DNA of 64,000 nt from Utricularia gibba. Lineage: Eukaryota > Plantae > Magnoliophyta. The stretch covers positions 2,170,001 through 2,234,000 of the forward strand of contig NEEC01000009.1 of NCBI GenBank assembly GCA_002189035.1, in the 5' to 3' direction. A program made the position numbers and the translations under genes. Under the pieces are notes generated by a model that saw nothing but the letters and a program-made list of their open reading frames with translations, had not been told where the DNA came from and made no database searches. Shown here piece after piece: positions 1 to 10,790 of the stretch (position 1 is the first letter of the stretch; every line of letters starts with the position of its first letter).

Positions 1-3
1 TTG

Positions 4-325
4 CTAAAAATACACGTCTTTCGTCTCCGACTCAGAAACAATGAAGCATATTCCAGGTTGGGTTAGAGGTGGCCGCTGGGGATCCACCGGTGCTGAATCT
101 CTGCATTTACTGGTGGTCGGAGGGAGTAGAGTAAATGTGCGTATGGTGATAGTCATGGGTGCTGCGCTTTGACCGATCTTTTCTGCGTTGTATTTTTGCG
201 GTAAATCGAGGAGCAATGTCTCTTTCGAGGTTTTGTTCATCAAATTCACTTGGTTCTGAGTGGAGGGGGAGACCCAGTTTTCTGATGAAACCGCTACCAC
301 CACCATCTTCTTCCTTTTCCGCCAT
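4..325 (-). other. Possible 5' part of an unidentified gene running off the window edge
   Basis: Exon-like, GC-moderate sequence below a plausible minus-strand acceptor (~358) and a CT-rich leader (~600-700). Two overlapping ORFs (4..306, 107..325); neither is recognisable. Confidence 0.2.
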
Positions 326-2488
326 TAACAGCTCGATGCGTCGACATCATCAGATGCTGGCAGTAGGGGACCGAGAAATAAAAACCCGCCTTCAATTTCT
401 ACCTGAATTATTCCATCATTTATTATTATTACATGAATATTTTCCAATCAAACAATCCAAACCCAGGCCTAGTTGCTCCATTTTTCAGCTTACTACTCAT
501 CCCACATCGAATGTTAAACAAAATAATCTTTGCTCATGCCGTTATAAATACCCCGCGATTTCAATTTCTGCTTGACATCTGGATTTCCTTTTCCTTTCTT
601 GTATTGTAGTAGAAGCGGTAAATGGAGGAAACAGAGTCGCTATTGGGATGGCTATGATGGGTGAGTAAGAGGAGTGGGTGGCAGGGTCATTCTCGTCACA
701 AAATTGTTCCCCTTACTTCCTTTTCAGACAAGGTGGACTGAATACGATACTGCGTGTTCGTAAGCGTGCATCGTATATCAACACCCCCCCTTCGCTATTC
801 CACAATTTCACTTTCACCCCCATCCCCTGCTCTACTATTACTACTGCTACAAATAAGACATGATATGATTTAATTGATATCCATAAATGAGATGTGGTTT
901 AAATTTACAATAAACAACATTCTTCAAATCTCAAATAAGGTCTCATGATGAGATGTTTAAATTTATTCTATATTAAATACGAGTAAAATTAATTTACATA
1001 AAAAATAGATAATTTAGAAAACATGAGGGTATTTTGTAGAGAATCTTATTAAAGAAATGGTAATTTATCACGTGTTTGATATAAAATGAGCGTATTTTGA
1101 TAGATTGATAAATGAAATATTCTTGACTCTGATAGAATGTGAAAGATTGGTTTATGCTAAATAACACATGTGAATCTCATATTTAATATTATGGATTAAA
1201 TATCAAATAATACAAATTCATGTATGGTATGGGTTTAATTAATCTTATGATAAAAAAAATCTGTATATTCAATTATCTTTAAAATTAAATTATAGAATTT
1301 ATTTTAGACAGTAACATATAAAAATAAATAATATTCTTTAGATTGAAAAAAGGGGTAGTAATGAGGTATATCACATACTTGCAGATTTGGATGAATATTT
1401 TTGTGACCAAGTGTTTGTGAAGATGGTGAGCCCCGCCATGTCTCTCTACCACCTTCTCTGGGCGATGGTCTTCCCATCAACACTTAGACAAAAGATGAGT
1501 GTCTTAGAGAATCATTCAACGTTAATTTCAGGTCCACTTGGACCCCAACATGCTCAATTACTACAATCACTTCACTTAATACCAATTCCAGGTTGACTCA
1601 TGCATTTTTGAACATGCATGTGAGAAAATTATTCATCTTTAATATTAATTTTTTTATTTAATCTATGTAAGAAAGAAATTGAGAAATTTTAGTAGTGGTA
1701 AGGGTGCACCAGATAGTGTTACACCCTATGGGAGAACTGTTTATAATTTGTGATATATGTGCCTATTTAGTTCTTAAATGTTCCAGAAAATTGTATACAA
1801 TACATATTATTTAAACTTTATGGTATATCGTTATTTTATATTTGAAAATAAACAAATATTTATAATAAAAAATTATAATTTGTGTGAGTGGGAAAAGAAT
1901 GGGGGGAAAAATGAATAAAAAAAGAGCAGGAAAGGGTAAATGTGTCAGTACCTCAAAAACAACCCTTTTAGGACCACAAAAAGTCACTGGTCCATCAGCA
2001 TAATTTTCCTGTAACAGGATTTAAATAAAAATAAAAATACAAAAAGACATTTCAAATGCAAATAATTCTCTTAGGACCACACCAGAAGCAGCCAGCCAAC
2101 CAGCCTCATCACATGACATCAATTGAACTTCTCCCAACCTGCAATAGTGGTTGCTTTTAGTCTTTTGGGAGAGGGCTCCTGAGCTCCTTTTATCGAACTT
2201 CTTTCTGTGTGTTTTCTCCATCTACGACCCAGAGTCGTGGAATGGGTCTTCTGTTGGAATTTCGGACTGGGAAGCAACTAAATAACTGTAATTTTCAAGC
2301 AACATGGAGTTGAGCCCACGGGTGGACCCCAAGTGGCTTTGATGCATTGGCTTGAAAAGAACACCCCCATGTTGATAGCATCGATCATCCATCTCTCTTT
2401 GAAAGTAACCAAACTGATGAGAAGTCAGGGGTACCTACATGGATGGACTGAACTGATGATACAAGAGCCCCTATTTATGAGCAATACA

Positions 2489-2489
<1 letters not shown>

Positions 2490-2530
<41 letters not shown>
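2490..2530. repeat. (AAT)n microsatellite, ~13 units
   Basis: Perfect aat run read directly. Confidence 0.97.
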
Positions 2531-2531
<1 letters not shown>

Positions 2532-3517
2532 CTAGATGCACTTACTGCTTGGAACTTACTTTCATGTCCTGTTTCTAGAAGAGGAGCTTATGGTGCATGA
2601 ATACAGCACCTACCAATAGCTCAAAAATGGGAGGGCGTATCCTATATTTGGAAATGTAAATAAAAAAATAATGAGGCGTATTCAAGTAGTTGATTTGTGT
2701 CCAAGTTCTGTGCACAACAAACGCTAGCCTCCAAGTTTGAAGAAGAAAGAAGAATGACCTGCACAAAAGGGTAATGCCTTTGGTTGGAGGTGAAGAAATT
2801 TGGCTGGTGAAACATCCTTTTCTTAAGATCTGAGAAGGATCTCCATGTCAATTGCAAGCTTTTGTCTCCTTCGTTGAGTAGACAGTTGATCATCATCATC
2901 ATTCTTCGCTGCTCCTTACCAAGTATTCGAGAAATTTAATAATATGCTCTTAGGAGCCCCCAAGTGGCCGAGCGGAAGACGACACAGAGGAAGCAGTAAA
3001 TGTTATTCCTTCGTCCCAGAGATGGTCCCCTCCCCTTCCATTGATGTAAGAGAATACATGAATCTTGACTTCAAGCCTGCGATTGATTACCACTTTTCAG
3101 GTGAAAAAAAAAACAAAATCTTTAATGGCATTACATATCTTTTTTTTTTTTTTTTCTGGTGTATGGGGGAGGAATCAAAGAGATCAGATCAACTAGTTTT
3201 CTCTTTACCTGGATACATTTGGTCCACTCCACTTGCATCCTTTGTTGTTTTCATGCGCTTTGAGGTGGAACTCCATGGACCACTTAGGGCATGCCGACCT
3301 CCTAAACAACAAACGTCGACATTGTTAAATACTCCAAGCCCAGGCAATAATGGGCGTCAGTTACCACAAAGCCCAACTAAAAAATGGCTTCAAATCACCG
3401 AACTCTACTTCAAGCCCAAACCAGAAGAAAGATGACAGTTAAACCAACTCACTTACAAAAAAATCATTATTAAAATTAAATAATATTTTATTTTTAAATA
3501 AACCAACTCACAATTTA

Positions 3518-3955
3518 TTGGCAAAAATCATGGCCATCGTCTCCACGGCCGCCTTCGACGCAGCGTACGGTGCCATATTTTTCAGAGACGCAACCCACCA
3601 TCGACAATGCCAAGCATATAATTCTCATTCCTCGCCTTTCTTGATCCTATTCGAATACGGAGTCAAATTTCTCGATCCTTGTGTCGGCAAGGGCAGGCTA
3701 TTTTGCGTCGATTACACCTGCAGAGTTTACTAGAACCTTACGGAGAAATCGAAGAATGATTATGCCGCATCGAACAGTGCTTTCACCTGAGCTTCGTCAG
3801 AGGCATCGGCCAGGACGCCGACAGCGTGTTGTTTTTCTCAGGCATTGATTTCTGCGACCATAAGATCAGCCTGAGAAGCGTAGAGTGTAATTGACGACGA
3901 TCCGAGAGAGGCCAAATGAACGGCGATGCTGCGGCCGATTCCGCTGGATGCAACG
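3518..3955 (-). pseudogene. Decayed short-chain dehydrogenase/reductase (NADPH-dependent aldehyde reductase-like) pseudogene
   Basis: Across shifting frames the minus strand gives ASSGIGRSIAVHLASLG (Gly-rich cofactor motif), LADASDEAQVKALFDAA*, VLVNSAGV (NxAG motif) and YAASKAAVETM (YxxxK). It has several in-frame stops and frameshifts and no C-terminus. Confidence 0.85.
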
Positions 3956-4160
3956 GAACTACAACTATGCCCACTCCGTAAACTTGCAACGGCACCGCCA
4001 AGGGATCAAGAATTCTTCAGAGGAGACGGGTAAATGGCAAAAAAAACACTGATGTATGAAAAAATCAGTTTTAAAAATTAGAAAATAGGTTAAAAGATAA
4101 AAATAGTAAAAGAAATTAAACACGTAAAAATTCTGAGTGCCAATGAGTTCTCTATGTTTA

Positions 4161-4214
4161 TGGGCCCGAGGTTCACAAGCGGCCCAGGCGTTTTTAGGGT
4201 AAACCCTAAACCCT
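4161..4214 (+). promoter_or_regulatory. Site II elements plus telo-box upstream of prohibitin
   Basis: TGGGCC at 4161, GGCCCA at 4181, TTTAGGGT-AAACCCTAAACCCT at 4193-4214. This pairing is typical of mitochondrial and ribosomal gene promoters. Confidence 0.7.
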
Positions 4215-4623
4215 TCTTCAAGCCAGAAACCTGTAAAAACTGAAACCCTCATCGCGGGGAGAGATTCGTCTTCAACCTCCGTTGGTTCCTCCTTGCCAAC
4301 CTGAATTTGGTGCTTCAGAGGTACGTCTATGGGCTTCGGAGTACATGATTTGAGCCTAATTATGATTGGTTTGATGGATGATAACGCACGGTCGGAAAGG
4401 GGGGAAATGATTTGATACGTTGAGCAAATGGAAGGGTTTTATTATGCCATTTCTTCTTCTTTAAAATTTTTTGGGGATTGCGTATTCCGGAGCTAAAGAC
4501 ATTGTAACTTTTCCAACTGAATTTGACTTTGATTGAATTGCTGCCTTTCAAGGAGTTCAAGATGAGTTTCTTTTATTTGACATTATTTTAATTCATTCAA
4601 AAGCAGAGCTATTGAAGGAGAAA

Positions 4624-5927
4624 ATGAATCCTGGAAATATTCCCAAGATACCTATTGGTGGAGCAGCTTCTGCCCTGATAAAGCTTGGAGTTGTTGCTGG
4701 GATTGGAATTTATGGGCTAGGTAACAGTCTCTACAATGTTGAGGGAGGTCACCGGGCTATTGTCTTCAACCGCATTTGGGGCATAAAAGACAAGGTTATG
4801 CGTTGCCTCTTTTCACAGAAGCGGACTTGCTATTCTAATTCGTCTTCTCTCTGTTGTCCCTTTTGGTGGCTACCTTTTATTACATGTTTTTGGGTGTAAC
4901 TCTGGTTCTATTTCTAACTATTCTATTGAATATTGCTCAGGTGTATCCTGAAGGAACACATTTTATGATTCCATGGTTTGAAAGACCCGTGATTTATGAT
5001 GTTCGTGCACGACCCCATCTCGTGGAGAGCACTTCTGGAAGCCGTGATCTTCAAATGGTAAAACGCTATCTATCTGTTTCATCACTCAACCACAGGTTTC
5101 TGATGGGAGTTATTCTGTTTGCATATTCTTGCAGGTGAAAATTGCTCTCAGGGTACTTACACGCCCAGTCCCCGATCAGTTGCCAACTATTTACAGGACC
5201 CTAGGTGAAAACTACAATGAACGGGTTCTGCCTTCTATTATTCATGAGACGTTAAAAGCTGTGGTAGCTCAGTATAACGCAAGCCAACTTATCACCCAGA
5301 GAGAGGTATCTGTTGCAAGGAGTTGAGATTGATTGTAATTGTTTCATGTAGATTTCAAGTATTAATATTGGGTGCTTTCCTTTTTTGTTTTTATGCAGAA
5401 TGTCAGTAGGGAAATACGAAGAATACTGACTGAGAGAGCTATAAACTTCAATATTGCGTTGGATGATGTTTCTATTACTAGCCTGACTTTTGGAAAGGAG
5501 TTTACTGCTGCCATTGAAGCTAAACAGGTTGCTGCACAAGAAGCTGAAAGGGCAAAATTCGTCGTAGAAAAGGCTGAGCAAGACAAAAGAAGTGCTATTA
5601 TCAGAGCCCAGGTGAACAAGAACACAGGCACACTACATTTTGTCTTCATGCTCATCCTCACATTCCTGTTGTCGAAAGTGGAAAATCGTGCTACCATGCA
5701 TGTTACCCATCGCATGCTTTTTCATACAGGGAGAGGCTAAGAGCGCGCAGCTGATCGGGCAAGCCATCGCCAACAACCCCGCATTTATCACGCTGAGGAG
5801 AATCGAAGCATCCAGAGAAATTTCCCACACTGTGATGAGTTCAAGCAACAAGGTTTACTTGGACTCTGATGAGCTGCTGCTAAACCTTCAAAATTTGAAG
5901 TACCCACAGGATGGAAGCAGCTACTGA
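4624..5927 (+). CDS. PHB2: Prohibitin, type II (PHB1/PHB2 class), mitochondrial
   Basis: 5 coding exons (4624-4794, 4941-5057, 5135-5305, 5399-5611, 5730-5927), all GT-AG. Motifs [77 protein letters not shown]. Confidence 0.96.
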
Positions 5928-6125
5928 TTGCGGCTTGGCGGCGGTAGCTCAGTGAATCCTTAGGCTACTGAAGCTCTGAATTATTCGAACCCGGCATCAT
6001 AAGTTAATCCACTGCAGTGGGTGTTGCTCTCAGTGCATTCCTCATATCATGAACACCGTAGTGGTTGGTTTCAGTAACATCCTCACATTCTGTGTTGATT
6101 GTTCACACGGCCGCACAAGCCTAAC

Positions 6126-6392
6126 TGCAGTGTTACAATCAAGAGCTCCCAAAATCAAGAGGAAGAGGAACATTCTTTGTCTCTGTAAACTTAGTGCAGT
6201 TTTACGATCAGGAGTTCTAAAATTGTCACAGCAGATGAAGAGGAAGAGGATTCTACGGCTGCGCAAATCTATCTCCAGTGTCACATTCAAGAGACGAGTG
6301 GGATTTCTTTGCTTCTGTAAGCAAACCGCAGTGTTAAAATCGAGAGTTCTCGAAATCTACCCAGCAGATGAAGAGAAAGAAGAGGATGGTTC
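6126..6392. repeat. Degenerate 4-unit tandem repeat (~52-80 bp units)
   Basis: Units start tgcagtgttacaatcaagag (6126), tgcagttttacgatcaggag (6195), tccagtgtcacattcaagag (6275) and cgcagtgttaaaatcgagag (6327). Three carry aagaggaagagga-like tails. Confidence 0.75.
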
Positions 6393-7302
6393 AGATTAGT
6401 GCGCGAGCGACTTCTATAACTTCCGTCAATGCCTTGCTGAAATCTTCCAGAATCTCCATTCTCCGGTTCCGATTCACACGGCTTTCTTCGTCTACGATTT
6501 CTGGGACTACTGAACAGTCATCCCGGGCAGTGTGGGAAGAAGCGCTTCCTTTGAAAAATAGATTGGGTGTGTGGTGCGCATAAATTGATTTTCGTCAAAA
6601 AATAAAGAATGGTATTTGCACCGCAGCAACGAGCGCGGGTTGCGGCCTGCGGCATTTGGCGCATCCAAGAAAACATCTACAGAATCCCAAATGCACCAGT
6701 TTCTCAGGCTCCGGTGCACGAATTCTCCCCCATTTGGTGATGGTAGCATCAATCTCATCTCCTCCTCTTCATTTGAATGCTTGTTTCGCGGGAATTTGTT
6801 TTATGGCATGGCATGTATGGAAACACAGTTTTTGAAAGAGGAAAAAAGGCAAAGATCGTTGATAGCAACGATTCCAAACATCGAAAGAGGTTGGAATCAT
6901 CGAGGATTCAACATTCTTGGTAGAATCAATTCTGCAGCGGATAAGGTATTCAAACTCGTGATGCTTTCCTTTCTTTGATTGTTCTGGATTAATGCACCCA
7001 GCGATTGAACATTCACCTTTTAATCGAAAAAGAAATTAGTTTGAATGCATTGGCTAGTGGTGTTTGAATGAGTTTACCTTTTATATTCCGAATTGTAGCA
7101 AAAATGTGGAACTTTCTTATTTTGCCATTTTTTCTTGCAACATCCCATCTGTATTGAAAGTGTTCATTATATTGCCTTCCATCCTTGATATTTATTTAGG
7201 TTGGATGATGCCTGGTGTTCTCTAGCCTTTTGATTCCTCCTTTTAGTCAGATAATGTTCTGATTTTAAACTCAGTGTCGGAAAAGCTCAGGGGCATTTGT
7301 CG

Positions 7303-9395
7303 ATGACTTTAAGAGCAGAGAACTTGAGTATGGAGGACGTTCCTCCTGCCATCAGTATTGCAAAGTGCCACAACAACAATTCTCTAAACTTGAAGAACGG
7401 TGAGCCAGAAAAGATGGTGCAGGATGCTTCATTTTCATTCAAGACTCTCTCTGAAGAGACGAAGAATAGACCCTGTGTTCAAGCAGAGAAGAATGTTGCT
7501 AGTGATACCAATAGATTGTCGAAGGCAGTTTTTGTGGCCAAACATGCTCCATCGTCTTCTCCTCAATCCACCATAGAATTCTATGCAGTTGCAGTGAAGT
7601 TGCAAAAAGTGTATAAAAGTTATCGGACTCGAAGACACATTGCAGATTGTGCAGTTGTTGTAGAGGAGCTATGGTTTGTCATGATTCTGCGAATTGTGTC
7701 TTATTGTACTTTGTTGCATGCTTATTACACTAAGCGGTCATAACGACTTCGATAGGTGGAAGGCCTTGGACTATGCAGCTCTGAAGATGAGCTCAGTGTC
7801 ATTCTTCGAGAAACCGGAAACAGCTGTTTCTAGGTGGTCTAGAGCCCGAACTAGAGCAGCCAAGGTTACTACAAAGAACCATTTTTCTTCTTCATGTTCC
7901 ATTCATATTTGAGTTGATCCCCCTGACTTTCATATGTTTACTGAAAGAGATTACTAAAGAACTGTCTTCCAGGTTGGAAAGGGGTTGTCCAAGTATGAAA
8001 ATGCCCAAAAGTTGGCTCTGCAGCACTGGCTTGAGGCAGTAAGTATTGATTGATGTTTGTTTCGTTTTCTCTTTTCTTTCTCATCTGCCTCAAACATGGT
8101 TCCGGCTAATAACTATTAGTCAATCATAAATTTTGATAGATTGATCCCCGTCATCGATATGGGCATAATTTACATCTTTACTACGAAGTATGGTTCAATA
8201 GTGAAAGCATACAACCTTTCTTTTACTGGTTAGATTCTATTCTATCATCATCCCTACAGATCCTTGTACACTTGATTAGTTCTCCAGCTTATCTGATTTG
8301 CATTCGTAGGCTTGACATTGGTAATGGAAAAGATGTCAATCTGGAGGAGTGTCCGAGGGTAAAATTGCAGCGGCAATGCATCAAGTATCTAGGGCCGGTG
8401 AGCCTCAAAAGCCATATTCCATTTTCATCATTCCCAATGAACAGTATAACATGCCCAGTACTTTTATTTATTTATTTTTTATTTTGAACAGAAAGAGAGA
8501 GAATCCTTCGAAGTTTTGATTCACAACGGGAAACTTATTTACAAACAGAGTGGTGTCTTTGTGAATTCAGATGAGAGTTCCAAATGGATTTTTGTTCTTA
8601 GCACTACAAGGACCTTGTACGTAGGACAGAAGCAGAAAGGCCGGTTTCAGCACTCGAGCTTCCTTGCGGGTGGCGCAATCACGGCAGCGGGAAGACTGGT
8701 GGCCCGTGATGGTTTTCTAGAGGTAAATCTTCAGCGAGTTCCATTAAGATACAAATGATCTCACTTCACAATTTTTTTTCAACAGGCGATTTGGCCATAC
8801 AGTGGTCACTATTTTCCCACGGAAGACAACTTCAACGAGTTTCTCAGCTTCCTCGAAGAGCACTCAGTGGATCTTGCCAACATAAATGTAATGAACATTC
8901 GTTTTTTGGCCTCTTCAACCATGGTTTTCTGCTCTAAAAAAACAATGCTTCCATGTTCTCTTTCAGACATATGCTGCTTATGAAGAAAATCCTCCAATCA
9001 GCGGTGATGCGGATACCGGCACCAACAACGAATCCATTCCAAATCAAACTCCGGAATCTGCATCTTTTGATAAGGAAGCTCCAGCAAGTGTACCAGAAAC
9101 CCAGCCCGTGCACCAAGATGAAAAGCCACTGTTTCAGTTGTCCAAACGCGTGTCTCGAAAATGGAGCACCGGAGCTGGACCCCGTATCGGATGTGTCCGG
9201 GAATACCCCGCGGAGCTTCAGTTCAGAGCACTGGAGCAGGTTCAGATCTCGCCACGAGGACCTCGCGGCCCTTTAAGCTGCTACGGCCCTATTCCTTCGC
9301 CTCGCCCGAGCCCCAAGCTTCGGCTTTCTCCGAGTGTCGCGTGCATGGGGCTCCCCAGCCCCAGAACCCCCGTCTCCAAAGGTCAATTCTTTTGA
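7303..9395 (+). CDS. IQM: IQ-motif calmodulin-binding protein (IQM family)
   Basis: [13 protein letters not shown] (IQ motif), [59 protein letters not shown] over ~8 GT-AG exons. Start codon uncertain. Confidence 0.93.
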
Positions 9396-9743
9396 TGAGG
9401 AATCAACACAAGATAGAAAAACCCCGAGTTTGCTTCTTTCCATTTTGAAATTTCTTCATTTTTTTCATCAGCTGTTCTTTCTAAAGAAGCGCCTATGAAG
9501 TAGATTTACAATAGCAATTAGAAATGCATATTCGGGAATGATGCCCTCATAAAACAGACAAATTACGAAACGCACCTGAAAGCATATTCTGCAATTGTCA
9601 GAAATTACAGAACTTCCCCGGATAGAACGAGCACACAGGGGTCGTGGTAACATAACATCAAATACTGGGACGGAAATGATAAAATAAGAATTTTCCGGCA
9701 CCCTCCTGGGGGTTCAACCATTGGGCAGTCGTTGACGCAAACA

Positions 9744-10256
9744 ATGAACCCGCAGATCCGTTTCGCCTTCAAATTATTCGCCTTCGCCGGCGCTTACCTT
9801 TTCACTCGATCGCGTACTCCGCCGAGTCGGCGCAGTTATCCCGAAAAATCAATCGCGGTTCTGTTCGTCCTCGAGCATCTCAAGTGGCTATGGCTCTTCA
9901 ACGGTCGCCTCATTCGCGACGCCGAAAATCAGGCCGAGATCCTCGACGGCGACGTCCGTCTCTTCAGAGCCTTCCTCGAGGATTACCAGAATGGGCGTAA
10001 CCAAGATCCGGCGGTTCAAGATCTGGCGGATCAGATCCGAATCGTAGTTGCGCAATCGGAATCTGTGCTCGCTTCGGCTCGCCGACTAACCGTCGAGAAA
10101 CATAGCCAGAATTTTCTACAGAGAAATTTCAGCGTTTCGATGGATCTCAAGAACGCCACCAAAGATCTCCACACCTTGAAGGCTAAGGTGAATAGCATTT
10201 ACGAAAAGAGCAGTGCTATTTGCGCCGCGCGAAAGGCGCGCCTGCGGGCGACCTGA
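9744..10256 (+). CDS. Stand-alone NLR coiled-coil (Rx-N/NRC-like) domain protein with a 35-aa N-terminal extension; no NB-ARC or LRR
   Basis: Intronless 170-aa ORF. AVLFVLEHLKWLWLFNGRLIRDAENQAEILDGDVRLFRAFLED...LADQIRIVVAQSESVL aligns by eye with asterid CC-NLR N-termini (A-V-x-F-L-L-E-N-L-K-Q-L-L ... D-L-R-L-F-K-A-F-L ... I-R-D-V-V-Y-E-A-E-D-V-I-D). No P-loop is visible downstream. Confidence 0.75.
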   Translation: MNPQIRFAFKLFAFAGAYLFTRSRTPPSRRSYPEKSIAVLFVLEHLKWLWLFNGRLIRDAENQAEILDGDVRLFRAFLEDYQNGRNQDPAVQDLADQIRIVVAQSESVLASARRLTVEKHSQNFLQRNFSVSMDLKNATKDLHTLKAKVNSIYEKSSAICAARKARLRAT

Positions 10257-10601
10257 GATTCGCCGCCGGTGGCGATGGTGGTAGCGGTATTGCATTAGTA
10301 CGGAATGTGTTTGTTTGATTTGCTTAAAATCCCAGTAAATTTGAATGAAGGTATGCTTAGTTCACGTAGCTAGGAATCGGTGTTCGGTGACTGCCCAATG
10401 TATATAAATTATGGCAGCAACACCGTACACATTGACTAATGTTTTTAATATAATTATATGCTTAATTGCATGTAAAACTGCCGAAATAAATGTTAAATTA
10501 AAATAGAATGAGTTGGGATGATTCTTAAAATTTTGGAATTCCATTGCAGAAACCTTATCCACCCACGTTTTGGAGCAAGAGGTATAACAAAGGTAATCCA
10601 T

Positions 10602-10610
10602 CCACGTGGC
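10602..10610. promoter_or_regulatory. Palindromic G-box (CCACGTGG) ~180 bp upstream of LCYE
   Basis: CCACGTGGC read directly. G-boxes are known bZIP/PIF sites in light-regulated carotenoid genes. Confidence 0.55.
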
Positions 10611-10790
10611 AGATTTGGAGTCTAAGAGCATTTCCTTCCCCTATCCGTTGAAGCCTCGCATTCTGCGTGGCCATAGAAGCCGCCGTCGAACTCCACACTT
10701 TATTCTCTTTCAGTCATCGCGGTTTTGACTTAGGCACTAGCGCCTATTTGATCCGAATTGTGAAGCTAATTTGGCTAGAAACAGCCAGGG

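Noticed and set aside
1409-1485. Imperfect inverted repeat (possible miRNA hairpin)
   Set aside because: Only ~16-18 bp pair, with bulges. No match to a conserved miRNA family that I know.
2181-2370. MIR159/319-like spacing (GAGCTCCTT ... TTGGCTTGAA)
   Set aside because: The mature-like arm has ~6 mismatches and the conserved internal segments are absent.
5935-5998. tRNA-like string (GCGGTAGCTCAGT ... TTCGAACCCGGC) in the prohibitin 3'UTR
   Set aside because: The D-arm does not close and the bases before TTCGAAC cannot form a T-stem. No cloverleaf.
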